Assembly: GCA_049593715.1 (NCBI GenBank)
Contig: JBAWHH010000056.1
Location: 1-27,746 of the forward strand
Source: Rhodocyclaceae bacterium
GTDB lineage: Bacteria; Pseudomonadota; Gammaproteobacteria; Burkholderiales; Rhodocyclaceae
Direction: 5' to 3'
Length of the DNA stretch: 27,746 bases
Of this stretch, positions 27,732 to 27,746 are shown in pieces. Each line of letters opens with the position of its first letter. Position 1 is the stretch's first letter. The notes beneath the pieces are model-generated. The model saw only the letters and a list, made by a program, of their open reading frames with translations, had not been told where the DNA came from and ran no database searches. A program made the position numbers and the translations under genes.

Positions 27732-27746
27732 ATGAAGGCCTATTCC
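27732..27746 (+). CDS. rbfA: Probable start of ribosome-binding factor A (truncated by the window edge)
   Basis: ATG AAG GCC TAT TCC (MKAYS) in the conserved position after infB; only 5 codons are visible. Confidence 0.6.

Overview
GC-rich chromosomal segment of a betaproteobacterium (gene content and order suggest Rhodocyclales; inference). It is mostly core genome: the 5' part of mutS, a histone-deacetylase-family gene, uvrD, a PcaD-like hydrolase, marC, an orphan parA, outer-membrane phospholipase A, qor, a DyP peroxidase, queD divergent from a radical SAM gene, a BswR/NHTF-like XRE regulator, lysC, and the conserved scpA-scpB-rluB-rimP-nusA-infB-(rbfA) cluster. Three parts stand out. (1) A ~2.7 kb lower-GC insert after uvrD carries a 529-aa protein with a thrice-repeated helical unit plus C-terminal TPRs, next to an intact MNT-HEPN (MntA/HepT) toxin-antitoxin pair; it is a candidate defence islet. 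(2) Two uncharacterised genes are preceded by PhaR/PhbF-like TG(N)TGC-N3-GCAA boxes. One is a zinc-ribbon (DUF1451-like) protein with a duplicated in-frame ribosome-binding/start unit that could yield isoforms with or without a Lys-rich N-terminal arm; both are candidate PHA-granule proteins. (3) A ~1.17 kb region has no convincing gene. No rRNA, tRNA, CRISPR array, integrase or transposase was recognised. All calls come from motif recognition by eye, not from database searches.
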